Below, piece after piece: positions 37,263-46,492 of a stretch of DNA of 53,155 bases. Below the pieces are notes generated by a model that had not been told where the DNA came from, ran no database searches, and saw nothing but the letters and a program-made list of their open reading frames with translations. The stretch is from Candidatus Thorarchaeota archaeon. GTDB lineage: Archaea > Asgardarchaeota > Thorarchaeia > Thorarchaeales > Thorarchaeaceae. Made by a program: the position numbers and the translations under genes. The stretch covers positions 1-53,155 of the forward strand of contig JAOUFI010000010.1 in NCBI GenBank assembly GCA_029858305.1, written 5' to 3'. Within the stretch, counting starts at the first letter, position 1, and every line of letters begins with the position of its first letter.

Positions 37263-37309
37263 TATAGCCCCGCTGGAGCCGAAAAGTACCTGCAGGAGGC
37301 AAGATATGA

Positions 37310-38821
37310 ATGCCTAGCACATTTCTCAAAGCTCTATCACCATTTGTCAGGGTAATGCCTGAAGTGAAGGCACCCGACAGAGAGGTCTCTTTTAGAGAGA
37401 AAATCGTTTGGACTGCTATTGTGCTCATTATCTTCCTTATCATGTCACACCTGCCATTGTATGGCGTGGATAGGACAGTAGGGACAGATTATCTATGGGC
37501 AATGCGAGTTATCCTCGCGTCCACAAGAGGCACATTGATGGAGCTGGGAATAGGACCAATAGTCACTGCAGGTCTGGTCATGCAACTCCTATCAGGCTCA
37601 AAGATTATCAATGTGGACTTTGGAGACCCAGAGGACAGAGCCCTATTTACCGGTGGTCAGAAGGTATTAGCCCTGTTCATGACTGGTTTTCAGGCGATCG
37701 CATACATCATGGGTAATGCCTATGGTTCATTAACACCAACTAATGCACTTCTAGTATTTCTTCAACTCTTCATGTCAGGAATCATTGTAATCCTCATGGA
37801 CGAACTTGTTCAGAAGGGCTGGGGTCTCGGATCTGGAGTTTCTCTCTTCATCATGACCAATGTTGCAGGACAGGTCCTCTGGAATATGCTTGACTTTACT
37901 CAAGTAGAGGGTACAGGTCCTGATGGTTATCTCGGTGTCGATGGAACAGCTACAGGACTGCCAAAAGGTGTCATCGCTGCAATTCTCTCAAACATCCTGA
38001 GAGCAATTGGAATCGGCACAACAGCAGGGCCCGCTGTTGATGCTGGATGGCTATTCGTACGAGATGGGTTCACTCCAAGTATCTTCTCACTCATAATTAC
38101 ATTCGTAATCTTTGGGGCGGTCATTTGGATGGAGTCTGTTCGTGTTGAGATACCGTTACAATATGCAAAGTATCGAGGTATGAAAGCACGATATCCAATC
38201 AAACTCCTCTACACTTCGAACATTCCAGTCATTCTAGCACAGGCACTCTATGCAAACATCCTGTTCTTTGGACAGATGATCTGGGGGGCTTTCAATAGTG
38301 AGAATAATAATCCCTTCCTGAATTGGTTAGGTACATTCCATAAGGATGAGGCATCAGGGAGAATGATAGCAGATTCCGGTCTATCACGCTATATCACGCC
38401 GCCACAGGGAATATTCAGTCTGAGCGGGGAACCGGATTGGGCAATCCATGTGTTTGTCTATTTCGCCCTCATGATACTCCTCTGTTGGGGTTTCTCTAAG
38501 GTGTGGGTAGATATCTCAGGTATTGCACCTCGTGATGTCTCGCGCCAGTTGCTCAATTCAGGGTACATGGTCCCTGGATTCAGAACAAGCGAGAAGGTCA
38601 TGGAGAGACTACTTGAGCGCTACATCCCAGTTGTCGCAGGACTCGGTGGATTCCTCATTGGAGTACTCGCAGCCACTGCAGATGTCTTGGGTGCTCTAGC
38701 CAGCGGAACAGGAATATTACTGATGGTTTCGATCATAAAACAATACTACGAACAAATTGCGAAGGCCCAACTATCCGAGATGGGCGGGGAAGGCGTAGCG
38801 GGGCTATTAGGGATTCTGTAA
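37310..38821 (+). CDS. secY: Preprotein translocase subunit SecY / Sec61 alpha
   Basis: GTLMELGIGPIVTAG, DELVQKGWGLGSG.SLFI, YPIKLLYTSNIP, PGFR and GTGILL motifs. Confidence 0.98.
   Translation: MPSTFLKALSPFVRVMPEVKAPDREVSFREKIVWTAIVLIIFLIMSHLPLYGVDRTVGTDYLWAMRVILASTRGTLMELGIGPIVTAGLVMQLLSGSKIINVDFGDPEDRALFTGGQKVLALFMTGFQAIAYIMGNAYGSLTPTNALLVFLQLFMSGIIVILMDELVQKGWGLGSGVSLFIMTNVAGQVLWNMLDFTQVEGTGPDGYLGVDGTATGLPKGVIAAILSNILRAIGIGTTAGPAVDAGWLFVRDGFTPSIFSLIITFVIFGAVIWMESVRVEIPLQYAKYRGMKARYPIKLLYTSNIPVILAQALYANILFFGQMIWGAFNSENNNPFLNWLGTFHKDEASGRMIADSGLSRYITPPQGIFSLSGEPDWAIHVFVYFALMILLCWGFSKVWVDISGIAPRDVSRQLLNSGYMVPGFRTSEKVMERLLERYIPVVAGLGGFLIGVLAATADVLGALASGTGILLMVSIIKQYYEQIAKAQLSEMGGEGVAGLLGIL
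38768..38821 (+). repeat. Direct repeat copy 1: last 18 codons of secY
   Basis: 46/54 nt identical to 39658-39711, with a 26-bp identical core TCCGAGATGGGCGGGGAAGGCGTAGC (38774-38799). Confidence 0.95.
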
Positions 38822-38834
38822 GAAGATTTCACTA

Positions 38835-38877
38835 AAGAGTGGATGGAGATAATACTCCATCCTCACTTTTTTCTTCT
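38835..38877 (+). terminator. Hairpin plus T-tract terminator after secY
   Basis: GGATGGAG-ataata-CTCCATCC followed by TCACTTTTTTCTTC. Confidence 0.6.
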
Positions 38878-38894
38878 CCTTCAAGGTACACACT

Positions 38895-39458
38895 TCAATC
38901 TCTGGTATTTTCTTGCACTTGTTTCCCACGAATGATAGCTAACGATTTTCTAGATGGTAATAATAGAACAAGGCCAAACATGGCAAAGAAGAACAATGGG
39001 TCTTCCAATATTGTTACGATATCTAATAACTTGATGAAAAAAAAAGTTACAAATGAGAGGATTGAACCAATCCATCCAGCAAATTTGAGCTGCTCAATAA
39101 AAACAGGATCATACTCTATCCTTAGCCCCGCGCTCATTCCAAGTTTCAATGATAGCCCTATAAAACTCCTATAAGGGAAATAGGTGAAGGTTGGCCATAG
39201 TAAAAAAATGAGGGTAATTACTCCACTTGCTTCCTGTATATTTATTGTGTCCGTGTGTTGTAAAGCTACAATTCCGAAATTGATTGGAAATGCCCAGAAC
39301 ATCAGATAAAAAATCATCTGAAATAATCTCGGATGGATCATGAAATAAAATGGTTCTTCGTCTTCAAGATAGCCAACGGCATCAAGATGTAATATCAGGA
39401 GCAGCATGAGTGATCCAACAAACAGCACAGTTCCAGTAAATAAGACCTCGAAACCCAT
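38895..39458 (-). CDS. AT-rich orphan polytopic membrane protein
   Basis: About 5 hydrophobic segments, GGAGAGG SD, visibly more AT-rich than the flanks; lies between the two secY 3'-end copies. Confidence 0.7.
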   Translation of the reverse strand: MGFEVLFTGTVLFVGSLMLLLILHLDAVGYLEDEEPFYFMIHPRLFQMIFYLMFWAFPINFGIVALQHTDTINIQEASGVITLIFLLWPTFTYFPYRSFIGLSLKLGMSAGLRIEYDPVFIEQLKFAGWIGSILSFVTFFFIKLLDIVTILEDPLFFFAMFGLVLLLPSRKSLAIIRGKQVQENTRD

Positions 39459-39657
39459 TGTCCTCTCCTAAATCTCTCTAGATGCTAATATTATTTGAAT
39501 TTTTCCAGATTGTCACCAATGAGAAGAGAATCAGGCAATGGATTAGATAAAGTAACATACAAGGCAAGAAAGAACAAAATTAGATGTAAGCAATATAGAT
39601 ACTCAGGTCGCCATACATTTGATTCAGTCTACCTTGGAAGAAGGAAATAGCTAATCT

Positions 39658-39711
39658 CAACTGTCCGAGATGGGCGGGGAAGGCGTAGCAGGTCTGCTAG
39701 GTATCCTGTAG
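39658..39711 (+). repeat. Direct repeat copy 2: orphan secY 3' end (QLSEMGGEGVAGLLGIL*)
   Basis: Encodes the identical peptide to the secY C-terminus; all 8 substitutions are synonymous; no intact reading frame upstream. Confidence 0.95.
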
Positions 39712-39714
39712 AAC

Positions 39715-39754
39715 GAAGAGGGGGTCCAGAGCGACCCCTTTCTTTTCCTTTTTT
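39715..39754 (+). terminator. Hairpin plus T-tract terminator after the orphan secY end
   Basis: GGGGTC-cagagc-GACCCC followed by TTTCTTTTCCTTTTTT. Confidence 0.6.
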
Positions 39755-39819
39755 GATGCACTTCATACCATGGTGTATTTATGGAAGCCTCTGTATATTT
39801 TCACGAGGAGGCTAGAGAA

Positions 39820-40860
39820 TTGCCAACGAGTCTCACAGTAGGTACAGCAACGGCGAAAAGAGGAGAACTCAAGAAGGGTGTCATCAAAGGAATCGAGTTG
39901 AACACAACGACTTCCATTGATATTCCAGTCTTGGTTATGAATGGAGAGAAGGATGGGCCAACACTACTCATGGTGTCGACTCAGCATGGTATTGAGATAC
40001 AGGGGATTGAGGTCATTCTCAAGATAATGAGAGAGCGGGTGAATCCAAAGGGGCTTCGAGGAGCCATTATTGGCATTCCGGTCGAGAATCCACTTGCCTT
40101 CATGCACCACCAGTATCTCTCTTGGATAGACAATCTTGATCTTGGTGGAGGTGGAAGTGCGAGTCCATTAACTGCAGACCAGCCATCTGGAACTGCAACA
40201 GAACGACTAGCTCATGCTTTATGGGAGAAGGCGTGGAGCAAGGCTGACATGGTTATCAATATACACTGTAATGTGAGACCAGACTCGCTCTTCTTCACTG
40301 AGGTCAATATTGGCAATCCATCAACAAAAGAGAGTCTTGAGAGAATGGCAAAGGTGTTTGGTGTAACAAATGTTGTTGAGAATGTCCCCCTCAAAGAGAA
40401 CGCGCCTGATACCCTCTCAAATCTGGCTGTCAAGAATGGTGTCCCTGACATTCTGGTTGAACTCATCGATGGACGTTGGATATCAGAACCCTCGACAACA
40501 GTGGGTGTCAAAGGTGTTCTTAACATAATGAAAGAGTTCAACATGATTGATGGTAAAATCGAACCGCAGAATGGGATAACCATCATACCTGGTGTGTGTA
40601 CAATGCACGGGATTGTCAGAGCAAATAGAGGTGGACTCATTCGATTCAAGAAGGTCCCAGGTGCTTTTCTGAAGAAGGGAGACATTTTTGCAGAGATCTA
40701 CGACCTGTATGGCGATGTCCTTGAACAGGTGAAGAGCCCGGTTGATGGATATATTTGGGCATACCCATGTGGTGACATCTTAGGTACACCAGGTAGTTTA
40801 CAAGCTGTACAAACCGGAGCCAACATTGCATACGCTTTTACTTCGAGTGAGAAGCGGTAG
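39820..40860 (+). CDS. Succinylglutamate desuccinylase/aspartoacylase (M14) family deacylase
   Basis: GPTLL....HGIE..G, NPLAF, INIHC and a C-terminal biotinyl-lipoyl-like hairpin (A..GG...G...KG....I.DLYG); TTG start after GAGGAGG. Confidence 0.88.
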   Translation: MPTSLTVGTATAKRGELKKGVIKGIELNTTTSIDIPVLVMNGEKDGPTLLMVSTQHGIEIQGIEVILKIMRERVNPKGLRGAIIGIPVENPLAFMHHQYLSWIDNLDLGGGGSASPLTADQPSGTATERLAHALWEKAWSKADMVINIHCNVRPDSLFFTEVNIGNPSTKESLERMAKVFGVTNVVENVPLKENAPDTLSNLAVKNGVPDILVELIDGRWISEPSTTVGVKGVLNIMKEFNMIDGKIEPQNGITIIPGVCTMHGIVRANRGGLIRFKKVPGAFLKKGDIFAEIYDLYGDVLEQVKSPVDGYIWAYPCGDILGTPGSLQAVQTGANIAYAFTSSEKR

Positions 40861-40887
40861 TGGGTACGTTCGCATAATGAGATAGAG

Positions 40888-41868
40888 GTGTTCCATGTGG
40901 GGTGGCGTAATCATCTAAATTACGATCCTTTGCCACAGTTTGCAGATGTTGATAATAAAGCCCTTCAATATCAGGTGCGAAGAGACCTTCAGGGATTGAA
41001 TCCAGGCCCAGTCACTTCTCTCTGGGACTTGTATCCTGTGCAAAGAATCCTGAGAAAGCAACAAGAGGATGGCTCTTGGAAGTATCCTAAGAAGAAGACA
41101 GATCCAATCGAAATCTCTGGTTACAAGCAACTTGAAACCTTCAGACAGCTCGGTATACTTGTTGAGAAGTATCTCCTAAATAGAGATCATTCCTCAGTGC
41201 AAAGAGCCGCAGACTTCCTTTTTAATTGTCAGACAGAAGAAGGTGATTTCAGAGGCATCTATCGAAATCAGTACAGTCCAAACTACACTGCTGCCTATCT
41301 TGAGATTCTAATCAAGGCAGGATTTATTGACGAGGAGGCCATAGAACGAGGTCTTCAGTGGTTACTCTCTATTCGCGAAGATGACGGAGGATGGACAGTG
41401 CCTCTTCGTACTGAACATCTGAGGTGGGGAGAGGTAATAAAACTGACAGAACCGGTGCAGCCAAGAAGGGAAAAGCGTTTCTCGCAAATGATCACCGGAG
41501 TAGTTCTACGTCCTTTTGCGGTCCACCCAAGATACAGCCATCAAGCAGATATTTTGCGAGCCGGCGAGAAACTTGCTACCCAAATATTCAAGGCGGATAA
41601 TTACACAGACAGAAAAGCACCTGAATACTGGACTAGAATTACATTCCCATTTTGGTTCAGTGACATCTTATCCGTATTGGATACTCTTTCGAGATTAGGA
41701 TTCTCTGCAGATCATCAGAATATAAGAGAGGCAATAGACTGGTTTGTAAATCAGCAGAAGAGAGATGGAAGCTGGTCGCTATACCTACTTAAAGGAGCAG
41801 GAGATAAGCACCAAAGTCTCTGGGTTGCGCTTGTTATATGTAGAATGCTCAAACGTTTCTTTGGATGA
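40888..41868 (+). CDS. Prenyltransferase/squalene-cyclase-repeat (alpha/alpha barrel) protein
   Basis: QW-type repeats QQEDGSW, CQTEEGDF, REDDGGW and QQKRDGSW; only 326 aa. Confidence 0.75.
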   Translation: MFHVGWRNHLNYDPLPQFADVDNKALQYQVRRDLQGLNPGPVTSLWDLYPVQRILRKQQEDGSWKYPKKKTDPIEISGYKQLETFRQLGILVEKYLLNRDHSSVQRAADFLFNCQTEEGDFRGIYRNQYSPNYTAAYLEILIKAGFIDEEAIERGLQWLLSIREDDGGWTVPLRTEHLRWGEVIKLTEPVQPRREKRFSQMITGVVLRPFAVHPRYSHQADILRAGEKLATQIFKADNYTDRKAPEYWTRITFPFWFSDILSVLDTLSRLGFSADHQNIREAIDWFVNQQKRDGSWSLYLLKGAGDKHQSLWVALVICRMLKRFFG

Positions 41869-41963
41869 TTTGCATCGGTGTCCACTGAAGGTACATGGAA
41901 GGAATTATAACTACCCTCATTCGACCATGCGGTCGAATTCAGAGTCGAAGGTGAGTCCATTCG

Positions 41964-42554
41964 ATGAGTGAGTCAAGAAATATTGTCATTGTAACTGGTA
42001 TTCCAGGAGTTGGTAAGACAACTGTGATCAATACTGCTGTGGATATTGTCAAACAGAAACATGGGGAAGATGTTCTCGTTCTGAACTTCGGTACAGAGAT
42101 GTTTGAAGTAGCCTCTAAGACCGGACAGGTAAAAACTCGGGACGAAATGAGAAAAATGCCCACTGCCCTGCAACGCAAGAATCAGAAGCTTGCTGGAGAA
42201 TCAATTGCAAAGAAAGCTCGAAAAACAAGGGTGATTGTTGACACTCATACTCTTATCCAGACTAATAATGGATACTTGATTGGGCTCCCTGAGTGGGTTA
42301 TACGGGCCATCCAACCAAAGACTGTCGTACTTGTGGAGGCTGAATCTGATAAGATAGCAAGCCGTAGAAGTAGTGATGAAACCAGAACTCGTGATGCACA
42401 GGCAGTCAGTGATATTCAAATACATCAAGAGATGTGTAGGGCAGCTGCTATTTCAGTTGGAACACTAACTGGGGCAACGGTGAGAAGAATCATGAACCGA
42501 GAGGGTAAAGTTGAAGAGGCGGCCGCTGAATTAGCTCAGACATTAATGGAGTAG
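41964..42554 (+). CDS. adkA: Archaeal adenylate kinase
   Basis: TGIPGVGKTTV, NFG..M, RDEMRK and VDTH...GY..GLP motifs. Confidence 0.96.
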   Translation: MSESRNIVIVTGIPGVGKTTVINTAVDIVKQKHGEDVLVLNFGTEMFEVASKTGQVKTRDEMRKMPTALQRKNQKLAGESIAKKARKTRVIVDTHTLIQTNNGYLIGLPEWVIRAIQPKTVVLVEAESDKIASRRSSDETRTRDAQAVSDIQIHQEMCRAAAISVGTLTGATVRRIMNREGKVEEAAAELAQTLME

Positions 42555-42560
42555 AAACAG

Positions 42561-43130
42561 TTGCAGGATCTCTTCACAGACTTTGCCATTTGGTTTGCTA
42601 CAGCTTTTCAGTTGTTTCAGAAGCCGCCCTTTTCTGCGTTATTCATCATGCTTGTATCAGTCGTGGTATCAACGATGAGTAACCTAGCCATGAAACGTTT
42701 TTCGGACATGCGAAGACTTCAACGACAGCAGTTGGAGATAAAGCAGTATCAAGAGATGGAGAAGGAGGCAAAGCGAACACAGAATGAAAAACTGCTCAAG
42801 AAGGTAAAAAGAAGGAAGGCATACATTGATAGAATCCAACGCGAACAGTTGAGCTCTCGATGTAAACCATCTCTGATATTTCTTATTCCATTCATGCTTA
42901 TCTTCACGATTCTTAGAGGCTTTTACACCATTGACGGTACGGAACAGATTGTTGCAGTGATACCGTTCAACTTGCAGAAAGTTCTACCATTCCTGGTAGG
43001 TATGGGCGGTCGAGCTACCGAGGCTGGCTTTGGTCTGACATATTATATCTTCTACTTCATTGTAGGTCTTGGGCTCTCTAGCATCCTTCAAAGAATCATG
43101 GGTACACAAGTCATGGCTCCGCAGACGTAG
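42561..43130 (+). CDS. EMC3/TMCO1/Get1 (DUF106, Oxa1 superfamily) membrane insertase
   Basis: TM, cytosolic coiled coil, KP..I...P, then further TMs; conserved position between adk and eL34. Confidence 0.88.
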   Translation: MQDLFTDFAIWFATAFQLFQKPPFSALFIMLVSVVVSTMSNLAMKRFSDMRRLQRQQLEIKQYQEMEKEAKRTQNEKLLKKVKRRKAYIDRIQREQLSSRCKPSLIFLIPFMLIFTILRGFYTIDGTEQIVAVIPFNLQKVLPFLVGMGGRATEAGFGLTYYIFYFIVGLGLSSILQRIMGTQVMAPQT

Positions 43131-43211
43131 CAATTCATAAGTGACCCACCGCTTTGCTTAAAAGAGAACGACCAAGGGTCTCAAGGGAACAATAAAGGAA
43201 TGGTGTTGAAA

Positions 43212-43478
43212 ATGGCACGACCTGGCCAATTAACAAGAGGAAGAGCAAATCGAATGGTTAGAACGCCCGGTGGTAGAAGAGTCGTACATAGACAAAAGTT
43301 CTACAAGTCTGGAGGCATTTGCCCCGTGACTGGTGCACAGCTGCAACTTCCTAAGAATTCGCTATATCGACTGAGCAGAAAAGCAAGTCGATCATCAAAA
43401 CGTCCAAATCGTCCCTATGGTGGAGTGCTATCATCAGCAGCTGTACGTCGTGCAATAATCACAAAAACTCGAGAGTAG
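43212..43478 (+). CDS. rpl34e: 50S ribosomal protein eL34
   Basis: VRTPGG and SKRPNRPYGG motifs; position before cmk. Confidence 0.92.
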   Translation: MARPGQLTRGRANRMVRTPGGRRVVHRQKFYKSGGICPVTGAQLQLPKNSLYRLSRKASRSSKRPNRPYGGVLSSAAVRRAIITKTRE

Positions 43479-43482
43479 AGAG

Positions 43483-44028
43483 ATGAAGCGAGTCATCACT
43501 ATTGGCGGGCTTCATGGAACAGGAAAGAGCTCCGTGGCTGATGCAGTAGCGAAGAGATTCAATTTGAGAAGGAGTTCTGCTGGAGCCACATTCCGGCAAT
43601 TAGCCAAGGAGAGAGGATTAACCTTGGAGGAGTTCTGTCGCGTGGCAGAGGGCGACGAGGAAATTGATAAGCTAATTGATAACGCTCAGAGAAAAGAGGC
43701 ACAGAAGGGCAATGCTGTCATCGATGGTCAGCTTGCGGCATGGATGGCAGGAGAATATGCAGACCTGAAAATACTATTGACAGCTCCCCTTGATGTAAGA
43801 ATTAGGAGAATTGCCGCGCGGGATGGTGCAGATTTTGAGTTCGCTCGCCGGGAAACCATCCATCGCGAGGGGAGTGAAAAGGCAAGGTATCTCGAATACT
43901 ACAAAGTAGATGTTTCTGATTTGTCTATCTATGATCTCATTCTCAACACAGGCAAGTATTCTCTTGAAGGGGTCAGCAGTATAGTAATCACCGCAATTGA
44001 AACATATTTTGATATTGAAAAGAGGTAG
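43483..44028 (+). CDS. cmk: Cytidylate kinase
   Basis: ITIGGLHGTGKS, SAG.TFR.LA.ERG, RY..YY and YDL.LNT motifs. Confidence 0.94.
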   Translation: MKRVITIGGLHGTGKSSVADAVAKRFNLRRSSAGATFRQLAKERGLTLEEFCRVAEGDEEIDKLIDNAQRKEAQKGNAVIDGQLAAWMAGEYADLKILLTAPLDVRIRRIAARDGADFEFARRETIHREGSEKARYLEYYKVDVSDLSIYDLILNTGKYSLEGVSSIVITAIETYFDIEKR

Positions 44029-44158
44029 GGCTTTTACAGGTCCTAGCGGAAAGCTCATATTGTGAACAAAAGCAAGTGACCGTATTCTCCCAGTCCAGTG
44101 GGATGATACATCGAGGCGACTTGGTTGCAGACTATGGACAAGGTGAGGTGTAATTGAT

Positions 44159-44440
44159 ATGAACTTGTACGACATTGGTAGAATCTGTGTTAAGGTGGTA
44201 GGTCGAGAGACTGGAAGCCACTGTGTCATCGTTGAAATTAAGGATGATAGCTATGTGGTTATCACCGGACCGAAGAATCTTAGTGGAGTCAGACGACGCA
44301 ATTGCAATACTCGACACCTTGAGCCCTTGGAGACCGTACTACCAATCTCCAAAGGAGCGGATGACGAGGCGGTAAGAAAGGCAATTGATGATGCAGGTCT
44401 TACTGATAAATTCCGACAGAAGATTCGGTTCGAGCTCTAG
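44159..44440 (+). CDS. rpl14e: 50S ribosomal protein eL14
   Basis: IGRICVK..GRE.G, TGPK.LSGVRRR..N..HLEP motifs. Confidence 0.96.
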   Translation: MNLYDIGRICVKVVGRETGSHCVIVEIKDDSYVVITGPKNLSGVRRRNCNTRHLEPLETVLPISKGADDEAVRKAIDDAGLTDKFRQKIRFEL

Positions 44441-44471
44441 ACGGAGCTAGATGTAAAAGGAGTGTCTGTGA

Positions 44472-45485
44472 TTGGTGGGTCTTCTGCCTTCAGACCAACC
44501 TCGTGAAATTATTCAAAGAGCATCAGATACTACCAATCCAGACTATGGATTCTCTTCACTTGATAATCTCCCTATCGAATACCTCCTTGAGAATGGTGTA
44601 ATAGTCCTTGACAAACCAGCAGGGCCTACAAGTCATGAGGTTGCGACTTGGGTCAAGAAAATACTGAATGTTGATCGTGTAGGTCATGGAGGCACATTGG
44701 ATCCCGGAGTAACAGGCATTCTACCAACAGGTATTGGAAATGCCACGAAAGCTATGCAGGCACTTCTTCCGGCCGGAAAAGAGTATGTTTGTGTTCTTGA
44801 ACTTCATCACTCATCACCGGAGGAGGAGATAAGACGAGTCATTGAGGAGTTTGTAGGCAAAATCTACCAAAAACCTCCACTCAGGTCATCAGTGAAGCGG
44901 GTTTTGCGAGTCCGTGAAATTTACTATAATCAAATCATCGAAATCAAGGGAAGACTTGTCCTCTTTCGTGTTGGATGTGAAGCAGGCACCTATGTTCGAA
45001 AGCTCTGCTTTGATATTGGAGAAGCCCTTGGTGTTGGAGGGCATATGAGAGAGCTTCGCCGAACACGGGTTGGAGGATTCAAGGAGGATATACACCTATG
45101 TTCGTTGTACGATCTGAAGGATGCCTATATCTTTTGGAAGGAGGATGGGGATGAGAAACTCCTTCGAAGATATCTATTGCCTACGGAATTCGCACTTAGT
45201 CATTTACCCTTCATTCAGATACGTGACTCCGCCGTCGATGCAATATGCCATGGCGCAGATCTAGCAGCGACGGGAGTGATTACACTCAACACTGGTATCA
45301 CGAAAGGAGACTTAATCCTCCTCAAGACACTGAAGGGAGAAGCTGTTGCACTAGCAAAGAGTAATGATATCAGCGAGAGAATAGCTAAAGCCAAGAGTGG
45401 AATTGTTGCAACAAGCGAGCGAGTTCTAATGGTGAGAGGTAGGTATCCTCAGATGTGGAAAAGGCATACAGAGAATGCGGATTGA
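44472..45485 (+). CDS. cbf5: H/ACA pseudouridine synthase Cbf5
   Basis: LDKP.GPTSHEV, GHGGTLDP, CEAGTYVRKLC and PUA domain (DSAVDAICHGA). Confidence 0.96.
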   Translation: MVGLLPSDQPREIIQRASDTTNPDYGFSSLDNLPIEYLLENGVIVLDKPAGPTSHEVATWVKKILNVDRVGHGGTLDPGVTGILPTGIGNATKAMQALLPAGKEYVCVLELHHSSPEEEIRRVIEEFVGKIYQKPPLRSSVKRVLRVREIYYNQIIEIKGRLVLFRVGCEAGTYVRKLCFDIGEALGVGGHMRELRRTRVGGFKEDIHLCSLYDLKDAYIFWKEDGDEKLLRRYLLPTEFALSHLPFIQIRDSAVDAICHGADLAATGVITLNTGITKGDLILLKTLKGEAVALAKSNDISERIAKAKSGIVATSERVLMVRGRYPQMWKRHTENAD

Positions 45486-45525
45486 AATATTAACCATCTT
45501 TTTATGAGTATCCTTCGAGAGGATT

Positions 45526-45882
45526 ATGTAGCTCTGGAGCAGAAGCGCAACTGACGGTACTCATCCTTCGGGGTGAGAGCTGAGGAAACTCCCGACTCGT
45601 GTCGACGCCGGTCCAACGAAAGAAGGGAGGCGAGAGCCTCGCTCTGGGAACAGAAACGACACCCCCGAACGGGCGTGACAATGATACAGACTTGAATCTG
45701 TTGAGGACTCGTTTGGCTTGGCTGAAACGGCCTATCACCGGTTGAGCAATTCCAAGAATACACTGTTGATGTGCCGACCTGAGGTGTAGGGTAGGAAGCT
45801 TAGTTCGATGTTGCAAGACCTCTGATCGGTAACTTTCGGAGGTGGAACAGAATTGGGGTTACTCTCTGGACCAGAGCTACAT
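45526..45882 (+). ncRNA. rnpB: RNase P RNA
   Basis: P1 ATGTAGCTCTGG/CCAGAGCTACAT; P3 CTCATCC-TTCG-GGGTGAG; conserved elements GAGGAAACTCC, ACAGAAAC, TGAAACG, GAGCAA and AACAGAA..GGGGTTA; P19-like CCTCTGA/TCGGAGG. Confidence 0.93.
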
Positions 45883-45890
45883 CACATCAT

Positions 45891-46418
45891 TCAGCCATTC
45901 TGCAATTCCATATACTCTTTTTGAATTTGAACGACTTCTCCGCTAGTGGAGCATTTCGAATACTCTTCTAAAAGCTCATGATTCAATGTTATGAATGTAG
46001 AACCCCATTTGAATACGGACATGATATCCTCGGCAAAGTCTTTGAATCCAGCGATGTATATTGCTGCAGCAATAGCCTCAGCAGTTGAAAGTTTGATCGG
46101 TTTGTATGTGTTGATTGGATTAGCAGCAAGCAGATATGGTAATGCTCTTTGTATACCAAGTCTTGAGGTGGCAAATATCTCTTCAGCCTTTTTCCATGAA
46201 CAATCAAGCGCAATAAGACCTGAGCGAAGTATAGCATCCCTATCTGCCCTAGAGAATGCAACCTCTGACACAGGGTTGAGAACAACGCCACCCTGAGGAA
46301 TTTGGTTCATGTTTGTCAGAATTTGACCTCTTTTCATTCTGCTGAGGCGTATCCCTGTACATTTCTTTGGGGCACATTGGCCAGCATGATAGATGAGAAT
46401 TCTCGGTTGTGGGGTCAC
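45891..46418 (-). CDS. tsr3: 16S rRNA aminocarboxypropyltransferase Tsr3 (DUF367)
   Basis: QC.PKKCTG, LDCSW, RALPYLLAANP.N, LSTAEA and FKWG..F..LN motifs. Confidence 0.94.
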   Translation of the reverse strand: MTPQPRILIYHAGQCAPKKCTGIRLSRMKRGQILTNMNQIPQGGVVLNPVSEVAFSRADRDAILRSGLIALDCSWKKAEEIFATSRLGIQRALPYLLAANPINTYKPIKLSTAEAIAAAIYIAGFKDFAEDIMSVFKWGSTFITLNHELLEEYSKCSTSGEVVQIQKEYMELQNG

Positions 46419-46492
46419 TCTTGATTCACCAATCGTGCAATCCAAAAAGGGTAAAGGATTTCTGTGTTTTCATAGGCCTCAACAAAGAGGAA

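Noticed and set aside
27202-37443. Numerous 60-180 aa antisense ORFs over ribosomal genes
   Set aside because: Shadow frames of well-supported genes on the opposite strand.
39470-39650. Short ORFs inside the secY insert (43-aa plus-strand ORF; hydrophobic minus-strand fragments)
   Set aside because: No SD or recognisable family. The minus-strand pieces are broken by stops and may be a decayed membrane gene, but this cannot be supported.
40888-41868. True squalene-hopene/oxidosqualene cyclase (sterol or hopanoid synthesis)
   Set aside because: About half the expected length and no DXDD/DCTAE catalytic motif; only QW-like repeats.
45502-45816. Minus-strand ORFs of 104 and 79 aa
   Set aside because: They are antisense to the RNase P RNA gene and have no protein motifs.
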